From IMG/VR virus record IMGVR_UViG_3300029288_000082, positions 64,001 through 128,000 of that record: a DNA stretch of 64,000 nucleotides. One strand, given 5' to 3'. The translations under genes and the position numbers were made by a program. Below are positions 55,548 to 63,351 of the stretch, in pieces (the stretch's first letter is position 1; each line of letters starts with the position of its first letter). The stretch is from a virus. Taxonomy: Duplodnaviria > Caudoviricetes. Below the pieces are notes generated by a model, which had not been told where the DNA came from, searched no databases, and was given only the letters and a program-made list of their open reading frames with translations.

Positions 55548-55563
55548 GCGCACACGTGTTCGC
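55548..55563. repeat. 16-bp palindromic site, copy 11
   Basis: GCGCACACGTGTTCGC; 24 bp identical (inverted) to the copy at 15980-16003. Confidence 0.9.
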
Positions 55564-55679
55564 TGGGATCGACGATCTGGCGCTGGGCCTCGCGGGCCTT
55601 CCGCGCCAGCTCGGCCCGGGCATCATCCAGGGCGCGGCACTTGCCGCAGGCCCCGCAAGCGCGCCCGTCGTCCCGCACA

Positions 55680-55913
55680 TCAGCCCTCCTGCTCGAACCG
55701 ATCCGCCTGTTCCCGGAGCGCGCCCGCGATCGTGCGCCGCTCCGACGTGTTCAGCGCCGCCGGGGCCACCGCGCGGAGCACCTGGATCGCATGCACGGCC
55801 ATGCGCGCGGGAGCTTCGCGCGCCCCCGGCTCCGCCAGGATCTGCGCGACATCCTCGGGCCCCACCTCCACCTCCACCTCGTGGTCGATCGTCACCCACC
55901 GGCGCACCTTCAT
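55680..55913 (-). CDS. Hypothetical protein
   Basis: MKVRRWVTIDHEVEV..., GGAGG RBS. Confidence 0.55.
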   Translation of the reverse strand: MKVRRWVTIDHEVEVEVGPEDVAQILAEPGAREAPARMAVHAIQVLRAVAPAALNTSERRTIAGALREQADRFEQEG

Positions 55914-56203
55914 GGAGCCCTCCTTCCTATCCGCGCCCTGTCCGCCTCCGTGACGAGCCGCGCACACTGCCCCGACACGAGGTACCGCATCACCAGCAGA
56001 TCCCGCTGGCGCGCCGACAGCCGCGCCGGGCAGTCCCCCGATCCGCCCACACAGGGGGCCACTGGGTAGAAGCAGTCCGCCCGGGCCTCAGCCAGATCCG
56101 CTGCGCGCGCGTCCCCAGAGGCCAGCGCCGACACGTCCGCGGCCTCGGGGGCACACCCGAGCAGCAGCGCCCCGAAAATCCACGCGATCGTCCGCATCTT
56201 CAT
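55910..56203 (-). CDS. Putative lipoprotein
   Basis: MKMRTIAWIFGALLLG-C lipobox. Confidence 0.65.
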   Translation of the reverse strand: MKMRTIAWIFGALLLGCAPEAADVSALASGDARAADLAEARADCFYPVAPCVGGSGDCPARLSARQRDLLVMRYLVSGQCARLVTEADRARIGRRAP

Positions 56204-56649
56204 CCCTCCTGTAAGTTGGGGTGCGCCAGATCCCCCCATCCTCGGCAATCCGGGCACACCGTGATCGGCCGGTTGCCCCACGCGCTCCCGCCCGGCAGCA
56301 GGTGGTGGCCATCGTCCGGGTAGCCCAGCTCCCCGTGGGCGTCGCAGCGCGAGCACGGGCGCACCTTGCCTTCCCGGCGCAGCAGAGCCTGCGCGGCAGG
56401 CTGGTAGTGCAGCAACTGGATCGCCACCGTGCGCAGCGCCAGGATGCGCTCGGGGGGCACGGGCTCCGGGCAGATCCACTCCCAGCAGCGTGGCGCCTCG
56501 CCATCCAGTACTACGCTGAACACGTAGTTGCCACCCATCAGCACCGCCGAGTCGAACTGGGCGGTGAAGTAGGTGCCGGCCCGAAAGCCATCCCGCAGGA
56601 TCAGATCGGCCGCCTCCGCAGATGTCCCGTGATGCAGTATGTGCATCAC
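56200..56649 (-). CDS. Putative ADP-ribosyltransferase-fold protein with CxxCxxxG zinc finger
   Basis: LHHGT..A..I...GF..GTYFT and WEW...PVPPERI; CSRC/CPDC. Confidence 0.5.
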   Translation of the reverse strand: MMHILHHGTSAEAADLILRDGFRAGTYFTAQFDSAVLMGGNYVFSVVLDGEAPRCWEWICPEPVPPERILALRTVAIQLLHYQPAAQALLRREGKVRPCSRCDAHGELGYPDDGHHLLPGGSAWGNRPITVCPDCRGWGDLAHPNLQEG

Positions 56650-57027
56650 TCACTTCTCCACTGCGAGGGCGACGCTGGCGATGCTGATCGCCTTCTTTTT
56701 TCCCATCGCGTAGTTCCAGTCGGGATCATCGCATGGCGAATCCAGCATTGCCAGGCCCTTGCTCGGCGCGTATCTGTCCACCACTTTCTGATCCATGTCC
56801 GTCCAGGTTGCGACAATATGGTTTAGTGCAGCTGTCAGCCGCTCGACCTTTTCCCGCGTTGTGCTGGCCTTCCCGGCGGTGATGCTGAGATTGTCCTCCA
56901 ACTCGACCACCCGAGCCTTCATCCGCTCGACCTCGGCACGGAGCGAGGCACGTTCCTCGTCCATCCGATCCACCTCGTCTGCGGACATGATGCATTCGCA
57001 CCTGATTGGACTCATTTTTTCGCTCAT
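56650..57027 (-). CDS. Hypothetical coiled-coil protein
   Basis: 125-aa packed ORF. Confidence 0.55.
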   Translation of the reverse strand: MSEKMSPIRCECIMSADEVDRMDEERASLRAEVERMKARVVELEDNLSITAGKASTTREKVERLTAALNHIVATWTDMDQKVVDRYAPSKGLAMLDSPCDDPDWNYAMGKKKAISIASVALAVEK

Positions 57028-57030
57028 CTC

Positions 57031-57246
57031 TCACTCCTTCCCCGCAAAGTCGGCAACACCTTCCGCTGCTATAATTCGCAGCACACCGTACTCGCCCAAC
57101 CCCTCGATGCGCTGCACGATGCATGCGCCACACAGCATCCCCGCGCCAGGTTCCTTGCCCGCGGGCCGGATGCGATCCCACAGCACATCGGGCAGGTCGA
57201 TGTCCACCCGATAGCGATGCCCGCACTCCTGACATGTGCAGCTCAC
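57031..57246 (-). CDS. Small zinc-finger protein
   Basis: CQEC...W...LCGAC. Confidence 0.55.
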   Translation of the reverse strand: MSCTCQECGHRYRVDIDLPDVLWDRIRPAGKEPGAGMLCGACIVQRIEGLGEYGVLRIIAAEGVADFAGKE

Positions 57247-57635
57247 GGTCTATCCTTCCCCGCGAGGGCGGCTCGGACCAGTCGCCCGATGTGCTCGTCG
57301 CTGTACCGGCCGTCGTTGATCTTGGCGGAAAGATCCCCAAGTACCTCGCTCACCGTGCCACGCAGCACCACGTCCAGATCCTCTTTCAGCCGTTCGAGGA
57401 ACTGCTCGGGGCCATCGTCGCTCGACAGCAGATAGTCGATGCGCCGGACGAACACGTGTGCGCAGCGAAGGCACGCCACGCCCTCCCTGAACCGCGCGAG
57501 GACCTCCGCCGGATAGTGGCGCCCCTTGTGATCCCCGTACCGGTTCACCTCCGTCGAGTCGTTCTCCGCGATCACCTGCTCGATCTCGTCGGCGATCAGG
57601 TAGTAAGGCGTGTCGCCAAAGTGGCCCCCGCTCAT
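57243..57635 (-). CDS. Hypothetical phage protein
   Basis: MSGGHF...RIDYLLSSDDG motif. Confidence 0.6.
   Translation of the reverse strand: MSGGHFGDTPYYLIADEIEQVIAENDSTEVNRYGDHKGRHYPAEVLARFREGVACLRCAHVFVRRIDYLLSSDDGPEQFLERLKEDLDVVLRGTVSEVLGDLSAKINDGRYSDEHIGRLVRAALAGKDRP
57448..57463. repeat. 16-bp palindromic site, copy 12 (one mismatch, intragenic)
   Basis: ACGAACACGTGTGCGC. Confidence 0.7.
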
Positions 57636-57931
57636 CGGCGCACCTCCGTCCCGTACCGCACGAGGTAGTCCGCCTCGTTGTCCGCGCGCCCCTGCGGGTA
57701 CGTCGAGGATCCGTGGTTGTCGAAGATCCGGTCCTTGCGGTTGATCCGCCCGCGCAGCTCGTACCCGCTCCGGAACGTGTGATGCCAGTTCTGGGCCGCC
57801 TCGGGGTCGGCGTGCGTGTACTCGCCGCTGCGCTGATCCATCCACTGCAGCAGTTCCTTGCGACTCAGGAATTTTTTGACGACCGTCTGCGGGTTGCGCA
57901 GGTCCGTTGATTTCTCAACTCCGTACAGCAT
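57632..57931 (-). CDS. Hypothetical protein
   Basis: MLYGVEKS..., GGAGGAG RBS. Confidence 0.6.
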   Translation of the reverse strand: MLYGVEKSTDLRNPQTVVKKFLSRKELLQWMDQRSGEYTHADPEAAQNWHHTFRSGYELRGRINRKDRIFDNHGSSTYPQGRADNEADYLVRYGTEVRR

Positions 57932-57939
57932 CTCTCCTC

Positions 57940-58314
57940 CTACTCCTCCGGGGTAGCAGACGGTCCACCTCGAACACAACGAGCATGGCTGCGTCGCGTC
58001 TTGTCGTAGAAGTCCACGCTGCCGTTGTTGAAGTGCACGTACCAAGCGTAGGACGTGGACGCAGCACGGGGCAGCGACGACGACCAGAACCACTCGGACG
58101 GTTGGTCCGGAAACTCAGATGCAGGAGCGACTTGCTTGAAGTCGATCAGCGTGACCAGCTCCTCGATGGTCGGCAGTCGCCATCCGTCTCCGAGCTTCGC
58201 GGCATAGGTCATGGCCTCGTCCCACGACAGATCCGTGGCGTAGTCCGTGCGCCATTCGAGGCCGGTACTCGTGTCCCTGATCGTAGCATGGGTGGTCGCC
58301 TGGAATCGCTCCAT
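57940..58314 (-). CDS. DUF1566 / Lcl C-terminal (CLec-fold) protein
   Basis: D..TGLEW, W.EA, WRLPT.EEL, FWSSS, AW.V.F..G, RCVR. Confidence 0.85.
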   Translation of the reverse strand: MERFQATTHATIRDTSTGLEWRTDYATDLSWDEAMTYAAKLGDGWRLPTIEELVTLIDFKQVAPASEFPDQPSEWFWSSSLPRAASTSYAWYVHFNNGSVDFYDKTRRSHARCVRGGPSATPEE

Positions 58315-58318
58315 CGTC

Positions 58319-58510
58319 CTACTCCTCTCTCGGCTCGCGCCGCCGCTCCGTCGTCCACGTTGCCTCGGTCGCGGGCAGCACCTCGCCCGCCTTGCGCTCC
58401 GTCACGAACGGGCACCAGTGCGGCGGGTTTGCGGTTTCAGCGCACTGGATCATGCACGGGCCGCTAACCATGCCGAAATCATCGCACTGGTAGCAAAAAA
58501 ACGTCCGCAT
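58319..58510 (-). CDS. Small Cys-rich protein
   Basis: MRTFFCYQC..., GGAGGAGG RBS. Confidence 0.5.
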   Translation of the reverse strand: MRTFFCYQCDDFGMVSGPCMIQCAETANPPHWCPFVTERKAGEVLPATEATWTTERRREPREE

Positions 58511-58521
58511 CGCGCCTCCTC

Positions 58522-58812
58522 CTACGTGGTCGCGGGGGTCAGCGGCCCCCGCCACAGCACCAGCACGCGGTTCATGCCCCGGAAGCTGGCCGGGGACAAG
58601 CCCGGCCCCGACGCCGTCCGGTAGATGCGCCGGTCGCACGCCTCGATCGCGCCGGTCACGCGGACCACCTCCGGCTCGCGCGCCGTGACGATGCCCCCGT
58701 AGGCGTCCAGAGCATCCTCGACCACCCACGCCCAGAAGTAGCCCTGCGCCCCCTCCTCCACGTCGGGCACCGCCGCCAGACGCCACCCCGCGATGCCAAC
58801 CTTCGTCTCCAT
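58522..58812 (-). CDS. Hypothetical protein, first gene after promoter P4
   Basis: METKVGIAGW..., GGAG RBS. Confidence 0.55.
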   Translation of the reverse strand: METKVGIAGWRLAAVPDVEEGAQGYFWAWVVEDALDAYGGIVTAREPEVVRVTGAIEACDRRIYRTASGPGLSPASFRGMNRVLVLWRGPLTPATT

Positions 58813-58879
58813 GCGTTCTCCCCTTCCGCGCGTCCCACCGCGCTGCCTCGCCCGGCCCCCACGCCGCGCGAGCACCCCC

Positions 58880-58909
58880 ATCTTAGCACACACGATCGCG
58901 TTTGTCAAC
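58880..58909 (-). promoter_or_regulatory. Sigma70-type promoter P4
   Basis: GTTGACAAACGC; TTGACA-17 nt-TAAGAT with extended TG. Confidence 0.75.
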
Positions 58910-59300
58910 CCTCGGGATCCTCCCCCTCGGGGTCCCGGTCCCGGCCCAGCCCCCGCAACGGCATCTGCCGCACGCCCACAACCCGCTTCCTGTCCCGCAA
59001 CGCCAGCTGCATCTGCAGCCGCGCGATGGCCCGGTCCCGGTCCGCCAACGCCGCCTCCAGCTCCCGCACCCGCTCCCGCAGCGTCGGCGCCCGCGCCGCC
59101 CCCACCGCCGCGTCCACCACCACCCGCGGCGCCACCAGCACCTCCGCCCCCCGCCCGCTCCCCGTCTTCCGCCGCGCCCCCGTCGCCACCACCAGCCCCA
59201 GCCGCTTCAGCTCCCAGATCCGCGGGCTCGCCGTCTGGTGCGACAGCTTCAGCGCCTGCTCCACCTCCCAACACGTCGCCCCCCCCCCACACCCGTGCAC
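58905..59300 (-). CDS. Winged-helix DNA-binding protein with coiled coil; start uncertain
   Basis: GATCWEVEQALKLSHQTASPRIWEL...GLV...G.RR.T.SGR. Confidence 0.7.
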   Translation of the reverse strand: MHGCGGGATCWEVEQALKLSHQTASPRIWELKRLGLVVATGARRKTGSGRGAEVLVAPRVVVDAAVGAARAPTLRERVRELEAALADRDRAIARLQMQLALRDRKRVVGVRQMPLRGLGRDRDPEGEDPEG

Positions 59301-59365
59301 GTGCCGGGTAGTGGCCTGTTTTGAAGCGCCGTGCGCCCTGCGAACAGTGTGGTCCGTTCCTGGGC

Positions 59366-60517
59366 TCACGACTCGGCCTTCGCGGATCCTGGCCGTCCTC
59401 CAGACCGAGGCGCGGCTCCCCGCTGGCTCCTACCGAGCCATACGATGTTCCTTGCTGCATTCAGGTCCCGATCCAGGACCAGCCCGCATGATGGGCACCG
59501 GTGCACGCGCGTCGCCAATGACTTCGGCACCAGAGCGCCGCACCCGCTGCACCCCTGTGACGTCCCACGTGGGTCCACTCCCACCACCTCGCGCCCAGCC
59601 TCTTCCGCTTTGACGCGAAGCCAGTGTAGGAAGGAACCCCACCCGGCGTCATGTACAGATCGCGCTAGCCGCCCCGTGGCCATCCCGCGAATGTTCAGAT
59701 CCTCCACGCAGATCACCCCATACGTCGCTACCAGCTCCCGCGCCACCTTGATGTGCCCCTCCCGCCGCACGTTGGCCACGTGCTCGTAGCGCCGCGCCAG
59801 CAGCAGCACCGCCGCCCGGCGCCGCTGGCTACCCCGCTTCCGGCGCGCCACCCGCCGCTGTGCTCGGGCAAGCGCCCGCTGTGCTGCCTCCAGCGGCCGC
59901 GGGTTCTCGAACACCTCGCCATCGCTGGTCACCGCGAAGTGCGCCAACCCCAGGTCCACCCCCACGTCGATGGAGGAGGGCGGCAGCGCCTTTCGCGGCA
60001 CTTCCACGCACGCGAATGTCACGAACCACCGCCCCCCCGCATCCCGCGTGAGACGCATAGCCTTCGGCACGCCCTCCAGTGGCCGATGCTGCCGGAACTT
60101 CACCTTGCCCAGCAACGGAACCTGCACCCGCTTGCCGCCCCCGCAGATCGGCACGCGGCCCCCCAGATCCTCGATCATCAACGTGTCCCAGCGATGCGCT
60201 CCCCGAAAGCGCGGATACCCTGGTCGGCCCCCCTGCTTGCACCGCCGGAAGAACCCATGGAACGCCCGCTCTAACCGCACCAGCGCCCCCCGGAGGACCA
60301 TCACGGGCACCCCCGCAAACTCCGGGCACTCCAGGCGCAGCGCGGGCAGCTCCCCCATCTGCGCATAGCAGGAAAGCCCGCGCCGCTGCCGATCCCATGC
60401 CTCCCGCCGCTGCTGCAACGCAGCGTTGTACAACGCCCGCGTGAGGGCCAACCACGTCTTTAGGATGCGCTGCTGGGCCTGCGTCGGCGCAAGCCGGTAT
60501 CGGTAGGAACGGACCAC
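59366..60517 (-). CDS. tnpB: RNA-guided nuclease TnpB (IS200/IS605-related)
   Basis: GVDLG, VEDL, DRDLNAA triad; CSGC/CPSC zinc finger; start GTG 60517 or ATG 60538. Confidence 0.93.
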   Translation of the reverse strand: MVRSYRYRLAPTQAQQRILKTWLALTRALYNAALQQRREAWDRQRRGLSCYAQMGELPALRLECPEFAGVPVMVLRGALVRLERAFHGFFRRCKQGGRPGYPRFRGAHRWDTLMIEDLGGRVPICGGGKRVQVPLLGKVKFRQHRPLEGVPKAMRLTRDAGGRWFVTFACVEVPRKALPPSSIDVGVDLGLAHFAVTSDGEVFENPRPLEAAQRALARAQRRVARRKRGSQRRRAAVLLLARRYEHVANVRREGHIKVARELVATYGVICVEDLNIRGMATGRLARSVHDAGWGSFLHWLRVKAEEAGREVVGVDPRGTSQGCSGCGALVPKSLATRVHRCPSCGLVLDRDLNAARNIVWLGRSQRGAAPRSGGRPGSAKAES

Positions 60518-60523
60518 GCTGGT

Positions 60524-60552
60524 AACATAAGACCGCATTGCTGCGTGTCAAC
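60524..60552 (-). promoter_or_regulatory. Internal tnpB promoter, probably leaderless
   Basis: TTGACA-16 nt-TATGTT, 6 nt before GTG 60517. Confidence 0.55.
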
Positions 60553-60573
60553 CTCTAAACCCTGCCACTACCC

Positions 60574-60604
60574 ATCCTAGCACACCTATTGCGCGTTTGT
60601 CAAC
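60574..60604 (-). promoter_or_regulatory. Sigma70-type promoter P5
   Basis: GTTGACAAACGC; TTGACA-18 nt-TAGGAT with extended TG. Confidence 0.7.
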
Positions 60605-60862
60605 AGGTCCAGGCCCGGGCCCGCGGAAAATCCGGCGTTTGCGTCCGCCCTGCCCGGCAACGTTTTCGGATGGGAGTCGCACCAAGGGGGGTGGCGCGTG
60701 TTCTGGTCATTGGTGCGGGGGAAGGCACGTTTGGGCGTGGGGGGCTTCTGTTCAGGGCGCTGGGGGGGTGGATGCATGGGGCGCGTCCGGCCGCCAGCGT
60801 GCCCCGTGGGCGTCCCCTGGGGGGCACGGAGGCGGGGGCTCGGTCAACGGGGGGCGCGCTCG

Positions 60863-61615
60863 CTAGGGCGTGGGATCGGACGGGGCGCCCTGGGAGAGCG
60901 CCGTTCGGCGGCGTCCGTAGGCGGGGATACCCAGGGCGCGGCGCAGGCGGAACACGACCAGCGGGTGCACGCCAGCGATTCTGGCCACGGCGGAGTCAGA
61001 CATGGTGCCCAGCAGGGGCGTGGCCACGGCGCGCCAGAGATGCCAGTACGGGGGGATACCCAGCCGGCGACGCTGCTTGCTGATCACGCTCGCGGACACG
61101 CCCTGCTGCTGCGCAAGGTCTACATCCAGCACCTGGCCGTAGGGCAGGTCCGGCGGCAGATTCGAGGCTAAGGGGCCAGCGCTACCTGGGGGCCAACACG
61201 CCGGGATGCCCATGCGCTTGCGCACCTGGTGCACAGCCTGGCGCGTCACGCCCAGCCGGCGCGCGATCTCCGTGTCCGACACCTGCCCGAGGGGCTGATC
61301 ATCCCACGGTGGAAGCAGTATTGCAGATCGCTTGCAGCGGGGCAGGCCCAGACGCCGCCGGAAGCAGCCCACGGTGCTCACGGACACCCCCACGCGACAC
61401 GCCACGTCGACATCAGTCATCGTGCCGAGCAGAGGCTCCACCTTCGCCTGCCAGGGGGGCACCACCTTCTTCTTCGGATGGTAGCAACGGCGAATGCCCA
61501 GCCGGCGCCGGTGGTGGCCCACGGTGGCACTCGTGCAGCCCAGCTCCCGCGCGATCTCGCGGTCCGGCAGCACGCCCAGGGTCGGCAGCGCCGCCCAGTC
61601 CACGGGCACCGTCAT
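60863..61615 (-). CDS. Tandem HTH-repeat protein
   Basis: Five (L/Y)G..(P/T/S/L)D..(I/V/L)A...G.....V...R..LG repeats. Confidence 0.8.
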   Translation of the reverse strand: MTVPVDWAALPTLGVLPDREIARELGCTSATVGHHRRRLGIRRCYHPKKKVVPPWQAKVEPLLGTMTDVDVACRVGVSVSTVGCFRRRLGLPRCKRSAILLPPWDDQPLGQVSDTEIARRLGVTRQAVHQVRKRMGIPACWPPGSAGPLASNLPPDLPYGQVLDVDLAQQQGVSASVISKQRRRLGIPPYWHLWRAVATPLLGTMSDSAVARIAGVHPLVVFRLRRALGIPAYGRRRTALSQGAPSDPTP

Positions 61616-61875
61616 GGCGCGTCCCCCTCCAGCACGCGGATCATCTGCTGGCGGGAGGGGGTGAAGTCCCAGTCTGGCGCGCCCAGCCCGAAGAAGCCGC
61701 CAGGGCGGGGCTGGATGCGGTCGAAGCAGATGTGGACGAGGGACCCCGCGGCCTCGGGGGGCGGCGTCACCGCCACGGTGCCGCGGTGGCCGGCGCGGAT
61801 GGGGGCGGCGTGGGCAGCCCAGCGCTCGTCCTGCAGCAGCTCCACGCGCTTGCCCACCAAGTCGCGCAGCGTCAT
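61612..61875 (-). CDS. Hypothetical protein
   Basis: ATGA-coupled ORF. Confidence 0.55.
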   Translation of the reverse strand: MTLRDLVGKRVELLQDERWAAHAAPIRAGHRGTVAVTPPPEAAGSLVHICFDRIQPRPGGFFGLGAPDWDFTPSRQQMIRVLEGDAP

Positions 61876-62087
61876 GACTGGCCCCCCTCCTCCAAGATCA
61901 CGTAGTCGGTGCTCCGGGCCTTGGCACGCGGGCGAATGCGGCTCTTCTTGACCCGGGTCGTGCGCCCACGCGGGAACCACTTCACCAAGACCCTCTCCTC
62001 CGAAAGGATCTCAATCACCTTGCCCTCCCGGTAGACCGTGCACCGGGGGTCGTTATCGTGAATCCTCGTTCCAACCTTGATCTCCAT
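61872..62087 (-). CDS. Small SH3/KOW-like hypothetical protein
   Basis: IKVG.RI.DNDPR...GKVIEI...VLVKW. Confidence 0.55.
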   Translation of the reverse strand: MEIKVGTRIHDNDPRCTVYREGKVIEILSEERVLVKWFPRGRTTRVKKSRIRPRAKARSTDYVILEEGGQS

Positions 62088-62090
62088 CTC

Positions 62091-62348
62091 CTACTCCTTC
62101 CTAGTGAGGAAGGCGCACTTGCGGGCACATGGTGCCTTGTATCCGCATACAGGACACCGACACTCGTGGTCATCGACCACCTGCCGCAGCCGCTCGTTCT
62201 CCTCCCGCGCCTCGTCACGTTCGTCTGTCAGGCGCTTCGCCGTCCATGCGAGAGAGTCGTACTTTACAAGGATCTCAGCTACGAGAGTCGATTGATCGCC
62301 GCCAGCAGCAACCACCGCCTCCGCTCTGTTGCGCAGGTCTGTTCGCAT
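62091..62348 (-). CDS. Hypothetical protein (coiled coil plus Cys cluster)
   Basis: 85-aa ORF with RBS. Confidence 0.55.
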   Translation of the reverse strand: MRTDLRNRAEAVVAAGGDQSTLVAEILVKYDSLAWTAKRLTDERDEAREENERLRQVVDDHECRCPVCGYKAPCARKCAFLTRKE

Positions 62349-62376
62349 CTCACTACCTCTTCCCGGCGAGTGAAAC

Positions 62377-62682
62377 TCAGCATCCGATCATCCTGTTGAT
62401 GGCCTGCATTCTCAGGTTGTCCGCTACCCATGTTGCCGCCTTCAGGCACTTACTCGATCTCTGCGCGGCCTGGCGTGCGTTCTCGTCATCCTGGTCACCC
62501 TTCCGCTTCCTCGGCGGCAGCAGCTCCACCGGATCGAAGGCGTTGAGGTAGCACGTCCGCACCTTCTTGCGCCCATGTCTGTTAATCGCAAGGTGCGGGC
62601 ATCCCCAGCCACAATCGCGGATCTCAGCAGTCGAGACCTTGATCACGGTGACCGCGTACACCTTTCCGTCTTGCAAGGTCAT
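62377..62682 (-). CDS. Hypothetical Cys-containing protein
   Basis: MTLQDGK..., GGAGG RBS. Confidence 0.5.
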   Translation of the reverse strand: MTLQDGKVYAVTVIKVSTAEIRDCGWGCPHLAINRHGRKKVRTCYLNAFDPVELLPPRKRKGDQDDENARQAAQRSSKCLKAATWVADNLRMQAINRMIGC

Positions 62683-62870
62683 GGCTTCACCTCCCGAACG
62701 ATGCACTTCCGACATCGCAGCGGGCGTCCTCGGCTGTCCTTCGATATGGGCCACCCGAACAGATCGCAAAAGTCCTGCTCGAACGATGACCTCCAGACCC
62801 ACCAGGAACAGCGACCGCACCGCTTCCGATCCAACGAGACACTCGCCTCCACCGCGACTTTCACCTTCAT
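62679..62870 (-). CDS. Small Cys-rich protein
   Basis: CGRC, C.LF, RCRKC. Confidence 0.5.
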   Translation of the reverse strand: MKVKVAVEASVSLDRKRCGRCSWWVWRSSFEQDFCDLFGWPISKDSRGRPLRCRKCIVREVKP

Positions 62871-63130
62871 GGCGCTCCCTCCAGCATCCGTGCCAGCCGT
62901 GCCGCGCGCTTCCGCGCCACCCGCTCGCGCACCTCCGCAAGCGTCGGCTGGGACCTGGCCCACTCAAGGTGTAGTTCGTTCAGACGCTCAAACTCCTCCC
63001 TCGATAACCACTCTGACTCCGACATGTGCAACCCTCGGATGCACGGATCTTTCGAAGCCTCCATTCTCGCACGGCCAACCGCCACGAGAGCATCCAACTC
63101 AGCTACAATCTCCTCCGGTGACCGGGCCAT
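62867..63130 (-). CDS. Hypothetical protein
   Basis: MARSPEEI..., coupled ORF. Confidence 0.5.
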   Translation of the reverse strand: MARSPEEIVAELDALVAVGRARMEASKDPCIRGLHMSESEWLSREEFERLNELHLEWARSQPTLAEVRERVARKRAARLARMLEGAP

Positions 63131-63132
63131 CG

Positions 63133-63351
63133 TCACTCCCATCCGCCGAATGGCAGCCATGCCTCCTCGCCGGTCCCGCCCTGCACTGTGCAGTTGACAC
63201 AGTTGCGCCGGTTGAACGCGTACAGGCAGTGCTCGCACTCTGGCTGCTGTTTCGGGTCGCGCTGCGCAATCAAGTGCGCGAGCTGCTCCTCGGTCATGCG
63301 CGTCTCGGTGTCCATCAATAAACTCCCATCATCTTCGCAATTGCATCCCAT
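63133..63351 (-). CDS. Small Cys-rich protein
   Basis: CEHC...CVNC. Confidence 0.45.
   Translation of the reverse strand: MGCNCEDDGSLLMDTETRMTEEQLAHLIAQRDPKQQPECEHCLYAFNRRNCVNCTVQGGTGEEAWLPFGGWE

Larger units (their letters stand above)
59306..60573 (-). mobile_element. Non-autonomous tnpB element with imperfect inverted ends
   Basis: GGGTAGTGGC (59306) / GCCACTACCC (60564) plus inner 13-bp inverted repeat; no transposase. Confidence 0.7.

Noticed and set aside
55508-55678. Possible 56-aa Cys-containing ORF (MRDDGRACGACGKC...) spanning palindrome copy 11
   Set aside because: Plausible but unsupported beyond filling the gap; left unannotated.
5120-57463. CRISPR array or canonical parS reading of the palindromes
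   Set aside because: Copies are kilobases apart with no spacers and no cas genes; only the CACGTG core matches parS.
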